From positions 77,996,001 through 78,060,000 of the forward strand of contig OX597826.1 of NCBI GenBank assembly GCA_951406725.2: a stretch of 64,000 bases of DNA. Reading direction: 5' to 3'. The position numbers were made by a program, and so were the translations under genes. Positions 27,620 through 41,557 of the stretch are shown one piece after another. Position 1 is the first letter of the stretch. Every line of letters starts with the position of its first letter. Source of the DNA: Octopus vulgaris (lineage: Eukaryota). The notes under the pieces were generated by a model. It was not told the origin of the DNA, searched no databases, and saw only the letters and a program-made list of their open reading frames with translations.

Positions 27620-28833
27620 AATGATGATGATGATTATTGTTTATTTGTTACAATGGCCTAAAAATATATGGTATAATACAAGAACAGGAAGCGAAGAAAC
27701 ATGCAAAAAATAAAGCAAAAACAATCAACAAGAAAATTGATAACAAAATTCCTCAAAAAAAGTGATTCCTACCCGTGACCAAACGAGGAACTCCAGTGAT
27801 CCTGGATCATTCAAACTGCGAAGAGGTATCAAATGGAGGTGCTCTTCTCCTCCAAGACGCATGCATACAATGCAAACGGTGTCATAAAATAGCTGTTACA
27901 TAATATGTGGCTATGTACAAATACATACATACATATACACACGCCCACACACATTCACACAAAGCTCGCGCACATGCACATACACTCACACAGAACTATA
28001 GAAGGTGGAACAGGTTAATAAATTTATTTAAGAAAATAAATAAAATGAGTTATGAAGTATCCTGATCCTTAGTAGAGATCAGAGTACCCCATGACTTCAA
28101 TCTTGCTCCGATCATCCACTGAAAACCGGGTCTTTTGAAATAACACAAGAATATGATGGGCCTTAGTTGCTCCATGAAATCTCTCATATTTCCCCAAAGT
28201 AGTGCTCCTTTAGCTGTCGATAGAAACCCTATTCCTCACCTTACTGGATTCTTTTGTTTCGTTCCGGTTAGTATCGAAGCTGCGACCAGCAATACTTTGG
28301 AAAACAGCATCAGTCATCAGGGCCTTGACTTCTGCAACCAGCTGCTGTCGCTATCTCTATCGGTGTATGCTAACCCGATTTTAATTTTTGTTTTCTTTTC
28401 CCTCTGTCTTGGAGACCTTCAAGAGAAATTCACATCTACTCGGGACTTTTACTTTGCATCACCAGTCCGATAGGCCTTTTCCATAATCCTTCAAAGCGGC
28501 ACATTTCCGGGATATTCCTGTGTTCTTCGGAGGTCACAAGACCTAGATATTCACGAAGACGGCTCTACAACTGCTTCCGAGTAAATATGAAATTGGGATG
28601 TGTCATATAATTTGAAACAGTTGTGAAATATCGTAACTTCATCCAATACACGCCTTCAATCTAAGAGATTTTGTCCAAAGGAAGTTGCCTTCTGACATCT
28701 TGGTAACTATGCAGATAATTGTTGTCAGCAACTGTCGCACATCTTCGCTTTCACATTCTTCTTTTATTGTACGAAAAACCTTGCCAGCAAGTCAAGAGAT
28801 TAACATCAATAGCGATATTTCTGGCCCTGATCA

Positions 28834-29030
28834 AGGCGGTCAGCTGGAAGAATCGTTAGCACGCAGAGCCAAATGTTTAGCGGCTTTTCCTTCGTCTTCA
28901 CGTACTGAGTTCAAATTCCGCTGCCGTCGACTTTGCCTTTCATCCTTTCGGGGTTGATAAAATAAGTACCATTGGAATCGACTTAACCTCTAAACTTGCA
29001 AACCTTATGCCAAGATTCGAAACCAAAATC
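28834..29030 (+). mobile_element. SINE, family N
   Basis: AGGCGGTCAGCTGG.AGAATCGTTAGCACG..GAGTTCAAATTCCG..GTCGACTTTGCCTTTCATCCTTTCGGGGT.GATAAAATAAGTACC. Confidence 0.85.
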
Positions 29031-29389
29031 AATGGCTCTGATCCTTGCATTCCCTTGGCTCATCTACTGCAGCACCCACCCGTACTCGAGGCAAAACATG
29101 AATTGTAATTAGTTCTCGCTATGTACTCGATATTAATCATCAAGTACAACACTTCTATATTCTCTGTCTCAGTCGTGTGAGCACACGTCCAGCCCAACAC
29201 TAGTCAGAACTCTCTCGAGCATATGAACAAACTCAATCTTTTAAATGGAGATCCATATTATTTCCTTCCATTCGTAAGTTCATCTTCCAAGTTCTTTCGC
29301 TTGAAGTTCACCCATGTCCAAGACTACCACTTGACTCGCGACAAAAGTATTTGCTTTTGTTTGTGCTGACGTTTTCTTTTACCTTGGCG

Positions 29390-29932
29390 TCTTTATCACC
29401 TTTTTCCGGTTTTACTTCTCGCATCTTCACCACCTTTTTCTGGTTTAACATCGCATCTTCACCACCTTTTTCCGGTTTAATTTAGCGCCTTTGCCACCTT
29501 TTTTCCAGTTTAACTTAGCATCTTTACCACCTTTTTTCCGGTTTAACTTAGCATCTTTACCACCTTTTTTCCAGTTTAACTTAGCATCTTTACCACCTTT
29601 TTTCCAGTTTAACTTAGCATCTTTACCACCTTTTTTTCCAGTTTAACTTAGCATCTTTACCACCTTTTTCCAGTTTAACTTAGCATCTTTACCACCTTTT
29701 TTTCCAGTTTAACTTAGCATCTTTACCACCTTTTTTCCAGTTTAACTTAGCATCTTTACCACCTTTTTTTCCAGTTTAACTTAGCATCTTTACCACCTTT
29801 TTTCCGGTTTAACTTAGCGCCTTTGCCACCTTTTCCCAGTTTAACTTAGCGCCTTTGCTATCTTTTTCCGGTTTAATTTAGTGCCTTTGCCATCTTTTTC
29901 CGGTTTAACTTCGCATCTTCACCACCTTTTTT
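29390..29932. repeat. Minisatellite, about 16 copies of a 32-34 bp unit TTTTTTCCAGTTTAACTTAGCATCTTTACCACC
   Basis: Counted by eye; central copies differ mainly in T-run length, edge copies diverged. Confidence 0.95.
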
Positions 29933-30289
29933 CGTTTCTGCTTTACAAACTGTAAATGTTTATCTTTATAACAGTATCAGCCATTTTTCTGGCTTTAACT
30001 CTTTTTCATTTAATTTGTATTTCCAAAAGTCTAAGGGTTGCATTCTATGCTACCATCCTTTCTTACTCCCACAACTGCGGTCATTTTGGATCATGAATAA
30101 ATAATAAAAACGGTCACGGTGCAAAAATATCGACAGTTAAATACAATGTTTGGACCAATCAGATAATAGTGTGGATGTTTAACACTTTGAAGCTCTTTGT
30201 TAGTAAAATAGAGACGAAGCAAATACTTTCATCTTATCGAGTAATCCAATAAGATAATATCTTTTAAATACGATGAATCCGACCGTGAA

Positions 30290-30610
30290 CCACAAACTGC
30301 AACGAGACATTGTAAACCTAACATTATTTCTTCTTTGCAAAACTGGAAATAGCACATTAATTATCGACATAGCACTAACACGTGACTATGATATTTTGTA
30401 AAAGCAAAGTGAAAAAGCTATGCAGTTACATCGACCTAAATGTAGAATTAAAAGTATTATGGCAGTAAAGGAAAGCCTATTATCAATTTGTAATTGTCAC
30501 ACAACTCAAGTGATACAATATAATTTCCGTAATGACATTGCCAAATTATCTATATAGATAGACTTGGTCACGTTCCAGTAAATAGCCATTCTTGTATTTG
30601 TAAGCTACGT
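30290..30610 (+). mobile_element. Decayed R4/Dong-type RLE domain fragment
   Basis: RHCKPNI..LIIDIALTRDYDI..KQSEK..YIDLNVELKVLW, cf. RPDI..LIDIA.P.D..KE.EK..KY.DL..E...LW. Confidence 0.6.
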
Positions 30611-30849
30611 TAGATCGCCCGCACGCATCGTTTGTAGGATTTGAACGGTTTCGTTAACCACAAATAGACTTGTCAATGCTAAACATTCTCGTTAACCTTG
30701 AATTATCTTCGTTAATCCTGAATACGTTAAGTTTTTAACTGAAGAGTTTTCTTAAACATTTTCCTGAAGCATAAATTTCCATTTAATATTCTCTACGATG
30801 CACCAAATTTATCTTTCGAAAAACGAAAAAAATGATAATAAGTTTTTCT

Positions 30850-31015
30850 AATTTTGGCGCAAAGTCAGCAATTTTGAAGGAAGAGATCAGTCGATCGGTC
30901 GGTTATATCGACCCAAGATTTAGCTGGTATTTTATTTAATTGACTCCGAAAAATGAAAGCAAAGTTGGCTTCCACAGGATTTTAACTCTGAACGTACGAT
31001 CTGCCAGCTAACCGC

Positions 31016-31017
<2 letters not shown>
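30850..31017 (-). mobile_element. SINE, family N, degenerate
   Basis: TATATCGACCC..GCTGGTA.TTTATTTAAT.GAC.CCGAAA.ATGAAAG. Confidence 0.65.
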
Positions 31018-31083
<66 letters not shown>

Positions 31084-31139
31084 TATCGGCAAGAAATGGA
31101 AGCAAATTTGAAAGAAGAAAAAAATAAGTAATAATAATG

Positions 31140-31192
<53 letters not shown>

Positions 31193-31319
31193 TGTAATAA
31201 CAATAATAAACCTGTTGCCAGAAGTATCACAGGATGTCTTTCCACATCCAATTACCAAATCTTATAGTTTAAGAAAAGAGACCATTTAAGACCTCTGACA
31301 ACAGATTGCAGTCCGCTCT

Positions 31320-31430
31320 CACAGAAAAAACGCAGGCAATATTGTGTAGGTATTGTTGACCTGCAGAAAAATACCATCCTCTTTTCTGGAAGAATTCTAA
31401 GGAAGATTCTTGATATTCGAGGAGACTTGT
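31320..31430 (+). mobile_element. R4/Dong-type 3' end fragment
   Basis: VDLQKNTILFSGRILRKILDI. Confidence 0.6.
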
Positions 31431-32826
31431 GGTGGTGGTGGTGGTGGTGATGATGATGATGATGATTTCTTTTGTCAGTCAAAGCGACAAGAACATTATA
31501 TGAAGGTTCCACCCAAGAGTAAGCATGGAGACCCATATATTATGTATCATACTGATTCCCCCTCTTCCGTCTACTCCTTCCATTCTCACTGCGCAAGCTT
31601 AGAATAGAGCTATTCATACGACCCAATCTTGTACAATCACCCATTTTTACCAACAAATCTGTAAAACCTTCGTCTCAACTTTTCTTTTCTTTTCAAGTGA
31701 AACTTGAAAAGTGAATGATATCGTTGAGTGATATGTATGTCAGCAGCACACTCGTTGTGAGGCGGCTAAAGTTACCTTGTTCCATAGTCGATGTTGTGTC
31801 GTGAATTTCTGCAGTTAGTTGACTTAAGTTATGTCACGACCACTGACTAGTTACAAACGCACCATCTATCTAGAGCCAAAGTCTGTCAAAGAAAAGGTAC
31901 CAAAGACGAAATTGTTGATGAGATTTACTAAGAATACCGACTGCTACCACAGCATTTACCACCATCGATAACCACATTCACCACCACTGTTGTCAACCTA
32001 CTGCCGGTGTTCAACCATCACCTGCAGTGTGAGCTCTATGGCACCAACACCACCATCATTTGGAGAGCTGCTGCCACTAACACAAGCACCGGAGTTACAG
32101 CTCATCCGGTTATCCAAATGGTAGGATCTAAGTAGACACACATTTCTTTGACTTTACACTTTTAAAGATAGGCTTTTACCCTCACAATATACAAAGGTTT
32201 CCCAACGTTCGTCTCTGCAATGTTAGACGTGTTCTTCATTTCGCTTTTCATTTATTATTCTATTGCAGTATGTTGTTTATCCAGAAATTATTAGATTAAT
32301 TGTTCGTGGGGACACTGTATTTCGTTGTGCAACCTTAATATACTACCAAGAGTATTAAAGGCTTTCTAAGTCTACTGTGTACTATCGTGTTAGCAGTGCG
32401 ATTCAATCACGTTTTAATGAATGCTATCACCACATATTTTCTATCGAGATTATACCCATCACTCTTGTTCCGTTGTTGAGACTCCTTGTTGGATGTCGTC
32501 ATGTTGTAGTTGCTGGAAGTGTTCATGATGTTACCGGAATACACCATGTTATTACTGTTGCTAAAATTATTGCTTTAAAGAAGTCGCATTTTAGTTTCGC
32601 TTTCAAATATCTATTTAACGTAAATGCTGCTATTAGCATAGGCGTAAATTTACTGTAAATTTATTGTGCCATGTTGTATTTTTAACAGAGACTTTTTAAG
32701 TTCATGACCATAAAATTTATATCATTACTCAAAATAATATAATCTTACAAACATAACACGCCACAACAACACATGTAAAAACAACCAACTACCTAATCAC
32801 TACGTATATACACACATATATATATA

Positions 32827-32965
<139 letters not shown>

Positions 32966-34598
32966 ATGCATATATGTATATAAATTTATAAAGCCTATTT
33001 TTCGATAAATCGACTCTATATAAACATGTTTTATTAAGGATATTTATTTATATAGTTTTGAATAGTGGAATTGACGAAAAAAAAAATGAAAGCTAAAACT
33101 TAATTCATTGGATAATAATACTGGAAATAATACGAAAAATCCATCGACAAACATACACGCTTATGCACCCATGCGTAAGTAGAGACGAATAGAGAACCGC
33201 TATCAACGCATGTTTGTACATAACCTCAAACACACATACACACACTATATGAGCATTTCATTATATTTTCATTTCAATAGGTTATTTTCTTTTTTACGGA
33301 TTTGCTTGCATTTTCCTTTGTGTTATCAGTTTAATTTTTATAGTTGTTTTAATTCGATTTTTCCTCTTTTGCTTACGAGATTTTATTGCTTATTCTCATG
33401 TAATCAGAGTGATTGTTAAATTGAAAATGGTTATAAAACTTAAATAATAAAGTTTTATTTATGTTCGTGGTAACACAAACGTTAATGATACTATTAAATA
33501 GCAGTTAAAACAATCATGAGATAGCTATTATGTTATAGATCTTGATTGCTTCCATATGATATATTTTCTCCAATAAATTATTTAGAGGGGCCCCCGAACA
33601 AACAGATCAATGGAAATGGTCACAAGAGACGTTGTGCACTTTGTATTCTTTCTGTGTATTTGTGTGAGTGTCTGTGTCTGTCTGTCTGTCTATCTGTCTG
33701 TCTGTGCGTGCGTGCTTGTGTGTGCGTGTTTGTGAATTGGTTGTTGCTGTTTAGCTTTCTGTCAACTCTGATTGATAAAATCTAAAATCAAAGGCATTCC
33801 ATGCGTGGCGATCACTGTTTAAGTGGCATATAACTATCTTCGCTGTGTTCTGCCTTGATTTGAGGCGTTAGATAAAGTGTGATTTTGAGGGGGTTTTTTT
33901 AGTTATTATTTCTGCTAGATCGAACAACGATCTAGAGGTTCCTATGTTGGTTCGTAACGGTTAAGCCAATACAAGGGGAGGTTATCCATGAAATTCCTTG
34001 GGAACAGAATATTATCGAGAAATTGGCGTCTCTATAAAGATAATCACGTGTCTTCTGCGAAAGTAAGAATCGTATTAACATCATATATTCTACTTCATCC
34101 ATTCCATGAACAGATTATGCAGTTTGTCAGCAATAAATTAAACGAAATGATGCTCATATCTAATTCATTTATAATGAAAGCATCTGTAATGTCAACAGCA
34201 TCGCTTGAGACGAGTGAATATTTTGGATGCCAATGTATTAATAATGGTTTCTTCACCTGGCAGAAGATGAATTGATAACCTCTACCAAGGGACGGGATCG
34301 ACGAAGCTGGACCCGTCTACATGCCTGGTATTTATTCCCAGAAAATATGACGTTCAAAGTTGTTTTTTTTTTGTGTTTGTGGAGTTTGAACTCCATCCAT
34401 TTATCCATTTTGCTGGCCACTATTCCTGGATTGGGGGCTGGAAGGAAGTCCTCGAGCACCTCACCCCTACGGGTCCATCAGAAACAGCTGCCATTCATCT
34501 TTCCTGCTGGATTACAAAGTGTGACGAACAGACACTATGTATATTATCCAACCATCTCCCTCGCGCTCTTACACTAAGTCTCTTACTACCTCGCTGGC

Positions 34599-34790
34599 CG
34601 GTTGGCTGGTTGGCTGGTTGGTTGGTTGGCTGGTTGGTTGGTTGGTTGGCTGGTTGGTTGGTTGGTTGGTTGGTTGGTTGGTTGGTTGGTTGGCTGGTTA
34701 CTTCGTTCGCAGGCTGGCTGGCTGGTTGGTTGGTTGGTTGGTTGGTTACTTCGTTCGCAGGCTGGCTGACTGGCTGGCTGTTTAGTTGGT
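34599..34790. repeat. (GGTT/GGCT)n tetranucleotide repeat with a duplicated TTACTTCGTTCGCAGGCTGGCTG block
   Basis: Direct inspection. Confidence 0.93.
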
Positions 34791-34799
34791 CGATTGGCC

Positions 34800-34940
34800 A
34801 CGAATGCAAGCGGCCGAAACGGTGTTTCTCCGAAGGATCTCTGGAGAAGCATTACTTGACAAGGGTGGTAGCTAGGAATTCGGAGAGTCTTCCAAATCCA
34901 GCCGCGACCTTTCTATCGAGCGTTCACAGCTCCGGTCCGA
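34800..34940 (+). mobile_element. RTE-clade LINE fragment (C-terminal to RT)
   Basis: [32 protein letters not shown], cf. RTE consensus RIQAAEM.FLRR..G..L.D.VRS..IRE.L..IERSQLRW. Confidence 0.75.
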
Positions 34941-35123
34941 AATTACTGGTCTTATGCCAAAATTTGAAATCAGTTTTAGTATCTTGGCCATTATATCTAA
35001 ACGGATTTCCTCGCTTAAGTCTATGTATTATCAGCAGCAGTGTTTCTAGTTATTTTTTATCAACAGATTACCATATGAGATCGCACATATACGATAGCTG
35101 CTCACTTGTCTTTCTATAGTATT

Positions 35124-35537
35124 TATTTCTTTATTGTCCGCAAGGGACTAAACATAGAGGGGACAAACAAAGGGATTAAGTCGATTACATCGCCCCCCCC
35201 CCCCAGTGCGTAACTGGTACTTATTTAATCGACCCCGAAAGGATGAAAGGCAAAATCGACCTCGGTGGAATTTGAACTCAGAACGTAACGGTAGACAAAA
35301 TACCTATTTCTTTACTACCCACAAGGGGCTAAACACAGAAGGGACAAACAAGGACAGACAAACGGATTAAGTCGATTATATCGACCCCAGTGCGTAACTG
35401 GTACTTATTTAATCGACCCCAAAAGGACGAAAGGCAAAGTCGGCCTCGGCGGAATTTGAACTCAGAACGTAACGGAAGACAAAATACTGCTAAGCATTTC
35501 GCCCGGTGTGCTAACGTTTCTGCCAGCTCGCTGCCTT
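35124..35537 (-). mobile_element. Dimeric SINE, family N (one head, core plus tail duplicated)
   Basis: Two tandem TATTTCTTTA..CACAAGGG..GAACTCAGAACGTAACGG units; same structure at 59998-60414. Confidence 0.9.
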
Positions 35538-35753
35538 ATAGTATTTGTGCCAGAGTTCAGTCTGACGAATATGTTCCAAGATGCTGGTAGTGCAAAGCAG
35601 AAAAAGAGTGGAGATGAGATCTTCGAGGACGACTCCTTTTCTAATAGAGACTAGGTAAGATTATATAGTTCTCACTTTTGCCGGTACCAATAACGTTGTT
35701 TACCAATTTGTTAACGTTTCCACTTAATATTGGTAATATTTTGGCAAAGACCT

Positions 35754-36120
35754 GGCGGCATCTTAGCAGAATCGTTAGCATGTATGGGTAAAATGCTTAG
35801 CAGCATTTCATTCGTCTTCGTTCTGAGTTCAAATTCCAGCGGGGGTGATTTTTCCTTTCATCCTTTGGGGGAGGGAGGCGTTTTGTTAAAATAAGTACCA
35901 GTTGAAAACTGAAGTCGATTTAATCGACTTAGCACCTCCCCCAAACCTGTTCGCCTTGTGCTAAAATACGTAAACAATATCAAACGGTGAACTGTCGGAT
36001 TGTTAGTACGCCAGGCTAAATGCTTAACGGCACTTCGTCTCTCTTTACATTCTGAGTTCAAATTCCGCCGGAGGTGACTTTGCCTTTCATACTTCGGAGT
36101 CGATAAAATAAGTACCAACT
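35754..36120 (+). mobile_element. Two tandem degenerate SINEs, family N
   Basis: AGCAGAATCGTTAGCA..TTCTGAGTTCAAATTCC..CCTTTCAT occurs twice. Confidence 0.75.
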
Positions 36121-36479
36121 TGAAACCAATATCTTAACCAAAACTGATGTTTCTGAGAATCACTTGTCTTAAATATTCTGATTGCTACGTCTTTACCTTT
36201 TTCCTTCTTCAGTCTTCACTTATGATGCCATCGATTCAATGATCCGTAATTGGATTAAACTACCCGTGGATGAATGGGTTATAGTACCGAGTGTTAATTA
36301 TATAACAGTATGAGATATGGATGTTGAAATCTCGTATCCTATCCCGCTGAAAAGGTCCCTGAATATTATTATTAGTATTATTGTTGTTGTTGTTGTTGTT
36401 GTTGTTATCGTTGTCAGCGTCATCGTCGCCGTCGTCTTCGTCGTTATTTTTGTTGTTTCATATACGCACAACAGATTTG

Positions 36480-36670
36480 TCTGTTGAAACAAATGTCCTA
36501 CCATTGGGCTACAACAAGTCACCCCAGATGCCAAGAACCTTCCTAAGTATCCTCGCTGTCACCAATAACACAGTTTTCTGGATTTGTTCCAAACTAAAAG
36601 TTTTATGTCTATTTCCTCTATCCATCTGTCCAAATGATTAAGAAAGGTTCCTGATGCACATATAACTACA
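36480..36670 (-). mobile_element. R4/Dong-type 3' end fragment
   Basis: VVICASGT..HLDRWIEEID..LEQIQKTVLLVTARILRKVLGI. Confidence 0.75.
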
Positions 36671-37276
36671 GAAGCCGAGGTCAACTTTGCCTTTTATCTT
36701 TGAAATATCGCCAAAATAGGTACTGGTCGAGTAGTGGAGTCGACGTAATTGACCAGCGCCTTTCATAAAAACACCAGGCCTTGTGCCTACATTACAAAGG
36801 ATTATTATTATTATTATAAAAAAAAATCATTTTTAAGACACGATTAAAACTTTCTCCACTATAAGATTTGACGTTAATTCTTGAGAAGAGTTTTGGTATT
36901 AATGTCCAAAGTGTAGCTAATCTTATGTACTGATTCCTTCCTTCGATACACATCTGCATTACTTTCAAGAGTGCCAAGATGCTCTAAAGCTATGATTTAT
37001 TATAAAACTTATATTTATCATCCGGAGAGATTTATCGCATATATAGCACAATCGGACACACAGACACAAAAAATATAGACAAACATACACAGAACCAATA
37101 TATACTCTTAGGCACGTACAAACACACACGCGTATACATACAGATACTTAGATATATGGAATAAACCGCGCTCTGCGGAGGGGAAAGAGAAAGTTTAACT
37201 CTTCTGATACAATCTTTCATTGATTTCAAAGACTGGAGCCGGACGCATCTTTTTTCTCAGCTTTCGTGCTGGTGGT

Positions 37277-37326
<50 letters not shown>

Positions 37327-37499
37327 GCACGCGCACATACATACGCGCACACACGCACGCGCACATACACACACGCACATATACACACACATGCACATAT
37401 GCAAATTATGAGCGCGCATACACACTCACTATATGTACATATATACATACATACATACATACATACATAGTCACACATGCGTATATAGAGAACTAAAAA

Positions 37500-37778
<279 letters not shown>

Positions 37779-38462
37779 TACAAACTGTTATGGACAAGAC
37801 TATGTTACTCAGAGTTCTCTGCCAAATTTAGCAATGCATTAAACATTTGTTAGATAATATATTTGATCGATTCTTGTTGAAATATTGCAAAAAAACCAAA
37901 AAAATCCTTCGGCTTGAGTTGATCAACTATATTGTCTATGAATGGTTAATTAATCGCCTAATTGGGCAAGAATGTTTAAGTAACGATGCGAAATACAACA
38001 TCGTTTGCATATATGTGTATGCATGAGTGTGTGTGTATACATGTAAACACACACACCCACACATACACACACACACGCACACAAACAAATACACATACAT
38101 GTATACAGAGAGAGGGAGAGAGGGAAAGAGAGAGCCAGAGAGCAAGAACAAATAGAGAGTACTTTACACTGTTGTACACTTGATACGCATCCTCTACCAG
38201 GGATACCCGGCGTTGCACTGCTGAACACTATGATGTGGATGTCACCTTGCCCCATTACCTGAGATATTATTACAGATCTGACTGTGAGGGAAACATGGAC
38301 GCACAGGACTAGCCCTGAGAGATACGAAAGATCATTGAAGATGACCGTGTCACTAGAAATGATGTTTTTGAGCCACTGTGCTCATTCAATCTAATCATCA
38401 TAGCTTACCTCATAACCACTACCTACCCGAAATTACACGCAGATATTACACGCAAAACTCAA

Positions 38463-38670
38463 AGGCGATGACCTGGCAGAATCGTTAGCACGCCAGGTAA
38501 ATTGCTGATTGACATTTCTTCTTGTTTCTTACGTACTGAGTCCAAATACCACCGAGGTCAACTTTGCCCGATATCATTTCGCCATCGATGAAATACATAT
38601 CAGCTGAGCCCAGGGGTCAATGTTATCGACTAGCCCCTTACCCCCAACACTTCAAGCATTCTGCCTATAG
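38463..38670 (+). mobile_element. SINE, family N, degenerate
   Basis: AGGCGATGACCTGGCAGAATCGTTAGCACGCC..CCGAGGTCAACTTTGCC. Confidence 0.75.
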
Positions 38671-39562
38671 CCGAAATAGCACAGAGGACTATTCACGATT
38701 TGTAAGGTTGAGTGAGAGCTGAAAGCCAGTATTAACAGTCCTGCCTCTTGTAAGCAAATTTGCAGAAACTACCGAGGAGACCAACGAAAAAGTAACCTTC
38801 TTGAGAAACTTTTAAGTTGGGCCAAAAAAAGAATCTATTGCTCCACCAGCATCATGTAAATCGATTTCTTTGGAACCAAATGTCAACAAGTGCGTGATCC
38901 TTGTACGCAATCAACAGCACCTGGTAAACTAAAAACTCAGAAATGATTGATGGACAAATTTCTAGACATATGCAACTCAGCAGTGCAAATCGCTGACTGG
39001 AAAGGAACTGTCGAATCGGAATTAAATGCAACGGATTATACTAAGAAATAAACAAGCAATAAGTTAATAGAATAAAGCGTTATGGTGATGTGGCGTATAT
39101 CTAGAGGCATAGGGACATGTTAAATGCTTTGAGACAATCTCTTAAAATGTCTTACATAAGAAGTACTCAGCTGAAATTTGATCGAATGGCAATTGACCAC
39201 AAATGTGTGGAATGGAGATTTAAATCTCTGGTGGATCTTGTAATAAACAAACAACTTTACTGGGTGCCACAACGAAAGGATATAGAGTACAGGTGATGAA
39301 AGAAGTACTTCAAACAGTTTCTCTTAATTTGGGGATTATGGAAATAATATAAGATAGCTCAGACAGATCTGAAACACTGCGATTACGAAAAGGAGGAGCA
39401 CTTTCCATGTTTATATAGATAGGAGAAAATGGCCAGAAAGCGGAAGGAATATGATAAAGCCTGATAGTTATTGAGCAGCAGTGTGGATAATGCTGTAGTT
39501 AACGGACGTGAAAGAATGCATATACTCTAAGAGGGACTATAATCGTCCGAAAAGTGCACATT

Positions 39563-39609
39563 TTAATACGGTTGTCAGTTTCGGCAATTCCCGTTGCTTC
39601 ATCAGTTAA
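39563..39609 (-). ncRNA. Type I hammerhead motif
   Basis: ttaa-CTGATGA-a-gcaa(cgggaa)ttgc-c-GAAA-C(tgacaacc)G-TA-ttaa; intact core, 4-bp stem I. Confidence 0.65.
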
Positions 39610-39900
39610 GCCCTCTCGATTGTTCAGCTCTTTCCTGACTCGCTTTGCCATTAGTATTTATATTTTCGTCATGATTGGATGATTTAGCGATTCGCTAATG
39701 TGTATATATAAACCGCAATTTAGGTTTTCCTTTGAAAATACAAGCATTTAGTCGCTAATCATCGGTGAAAGACGAACGCACATACACACACATGTAGGCT
39801 CATATATTTAATAAACTCAAGAGACATTGTTATTCATGTGCTTAAATATATTTGTGTTTGTATGTATAAATTTATGAATATGATATATATATATCACCAT

Positions 39901-39944
<44 letters not shown>

Positions 39945-40077
39945 ACATATATGTATATATATATAAATATACAGATATATATATACATGCATACAAATAC
40001 ATAGAAACATACATACAAATATATATATATATTATATGTGTATGTATATATATATATATATATACATACATACATAC

Positions 40078-40120
<43 letters not shown>

Positions 40121-40189
40121 CATATATACACACAAACACACACAAGCGCACAAACACAATTATATACACATGTATATGAATATATATAT

Positions 40190-40481
40190 ATGATCACGTG
40201 ATCAACCGGACTATCGCAGGTTATACATCGCTTGCCACAATACGCTTTTGCATTGTTTTTAGCATTCAAATGATGCTGCTCGCTGGCCAGGCGAGCAGGT
40301 CAACATTGGTACTGATCGAAGGATAAGTCTGTCACAGGGTGAGCTATTTACAGCTGAGTCGACTGGGGCAACGTGAAATGAAGTGTTTTGCTCATGGATA
40401 CAACATGCAACCCTGGGAATCGAATCGACGACCTAGCGATCGGGAGTGCAATACCCTAACCACTGGGCAACGCTCTTTCAC
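40190..40481 (-). mobile_element. tRNA-derived SINE (Meta-domain-like)
   Basis: Minus-strand head GTTGCCCAGTGGTTAGGGTATTGCACTC..TCGATTCCCAGG; CACTTCATTTCACGTTGCCCCAGTCGACTCAGCTGTAAAT. Confidence 0.75.
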
Positions 40482-41192
40482 CCCATCCATATATGTATAT
40501 ATATTGCTGACGTTGAGACGTTGTAAAACCTTTCGTTTTTGGAACTGGTTCTCGAAGCATATAGTTTTTTTTTAGAGAGTTTGTGAAAGTGTTTATGTCA
40601 ACACATGATGTATGTCGTTTATGATTCTATCAGCAAGCACGTGTTTGTGATTGTATGGTTATATGCATATCTTGATGTCTGTATGAGAAATAGTGAGAGA
40701 CAGAGATATATATAGAGAGAGATAAAGAGACGTAGGGATTATGTGTGAGAGAGAGAGAGAGAGAGAAGGTGTAGAGATCGAGAGATGTCGAGGAGCAGTT
40801 AGAGTAGAAAATAAGCTAAGACGTAGTTAAGAGCAAGGCGATTGGAGAAACTGGACTGGAAAGAAGGAAGAAATGATGGTTTATTGACTATAGGCAAATG
40901 TAAGCGGAGTTTTTATATGACGTGTTGTGATAGAGAATAACGAAGACGATGATATATATATATAGGAAGAGAGTATAAGAAATAAAGACAGAGACAGGGA
41001 CAGAGAGAGAGAGAGAGAGGAAGGGGAAGGGAGGCGGAAGGAGTGCATGGAGTTTACAGTCAGTGATGTGGAGTCGATATTCACTCACCTGTACTTGTAC
41101 TTTTGCTTATCTTACATCATGTAAAAATGTAAGACTAACTGCAACGATTATTCATCCATAAACTCGACCATTTTCTCATCCAGTTACTCCTC

Positions 41193-41228
<36 letters not shown>

Positions 41229-41405
41229 TTCTCTTTCTCTCCTCTACCTCCCTTTTTTTAATCTTGAATCAGAAAAAGTGAAGGAGATGGAAAAATATCT
41301 AGTTCCTTCTCTCGTGTTACGTCCCCCTTTCGTTTTCCATATCCATACACACGTCATGTGCGTGTGTGTATATATACGTATATAAATTCCTTTTCAACCT
41401 TCCAC

Positions 41406-41478
<73 letters not shown>

Positions 41479-41518
41479 CACACACACATATATATATATA
41501 TACACATATATGTATGCA

Positions 41519-41557
<39 letters not shown>

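Noticed and set aside
28050-28600. Possible R4-like N-terminal remnant (GFYRQLKE, minus); other unexplained complex tracts at 3880-4750, 13640-14200 and 38700-39560
   Set aside because: Too degraded to assign by eye; probably old transposon debris, needs a translated search
29390-29932. CRISPR-like array of ~33-bp repeats
   Set aside because: Repeats are contiguous with no unique spacers; eukaryotic context and no cas genes
34373-35119. 248-aa ORF with (LVGW)n
   Set aside because: Chance read-through of a (GGTT)n repeat; the real signal is an RTE fragment in another frame
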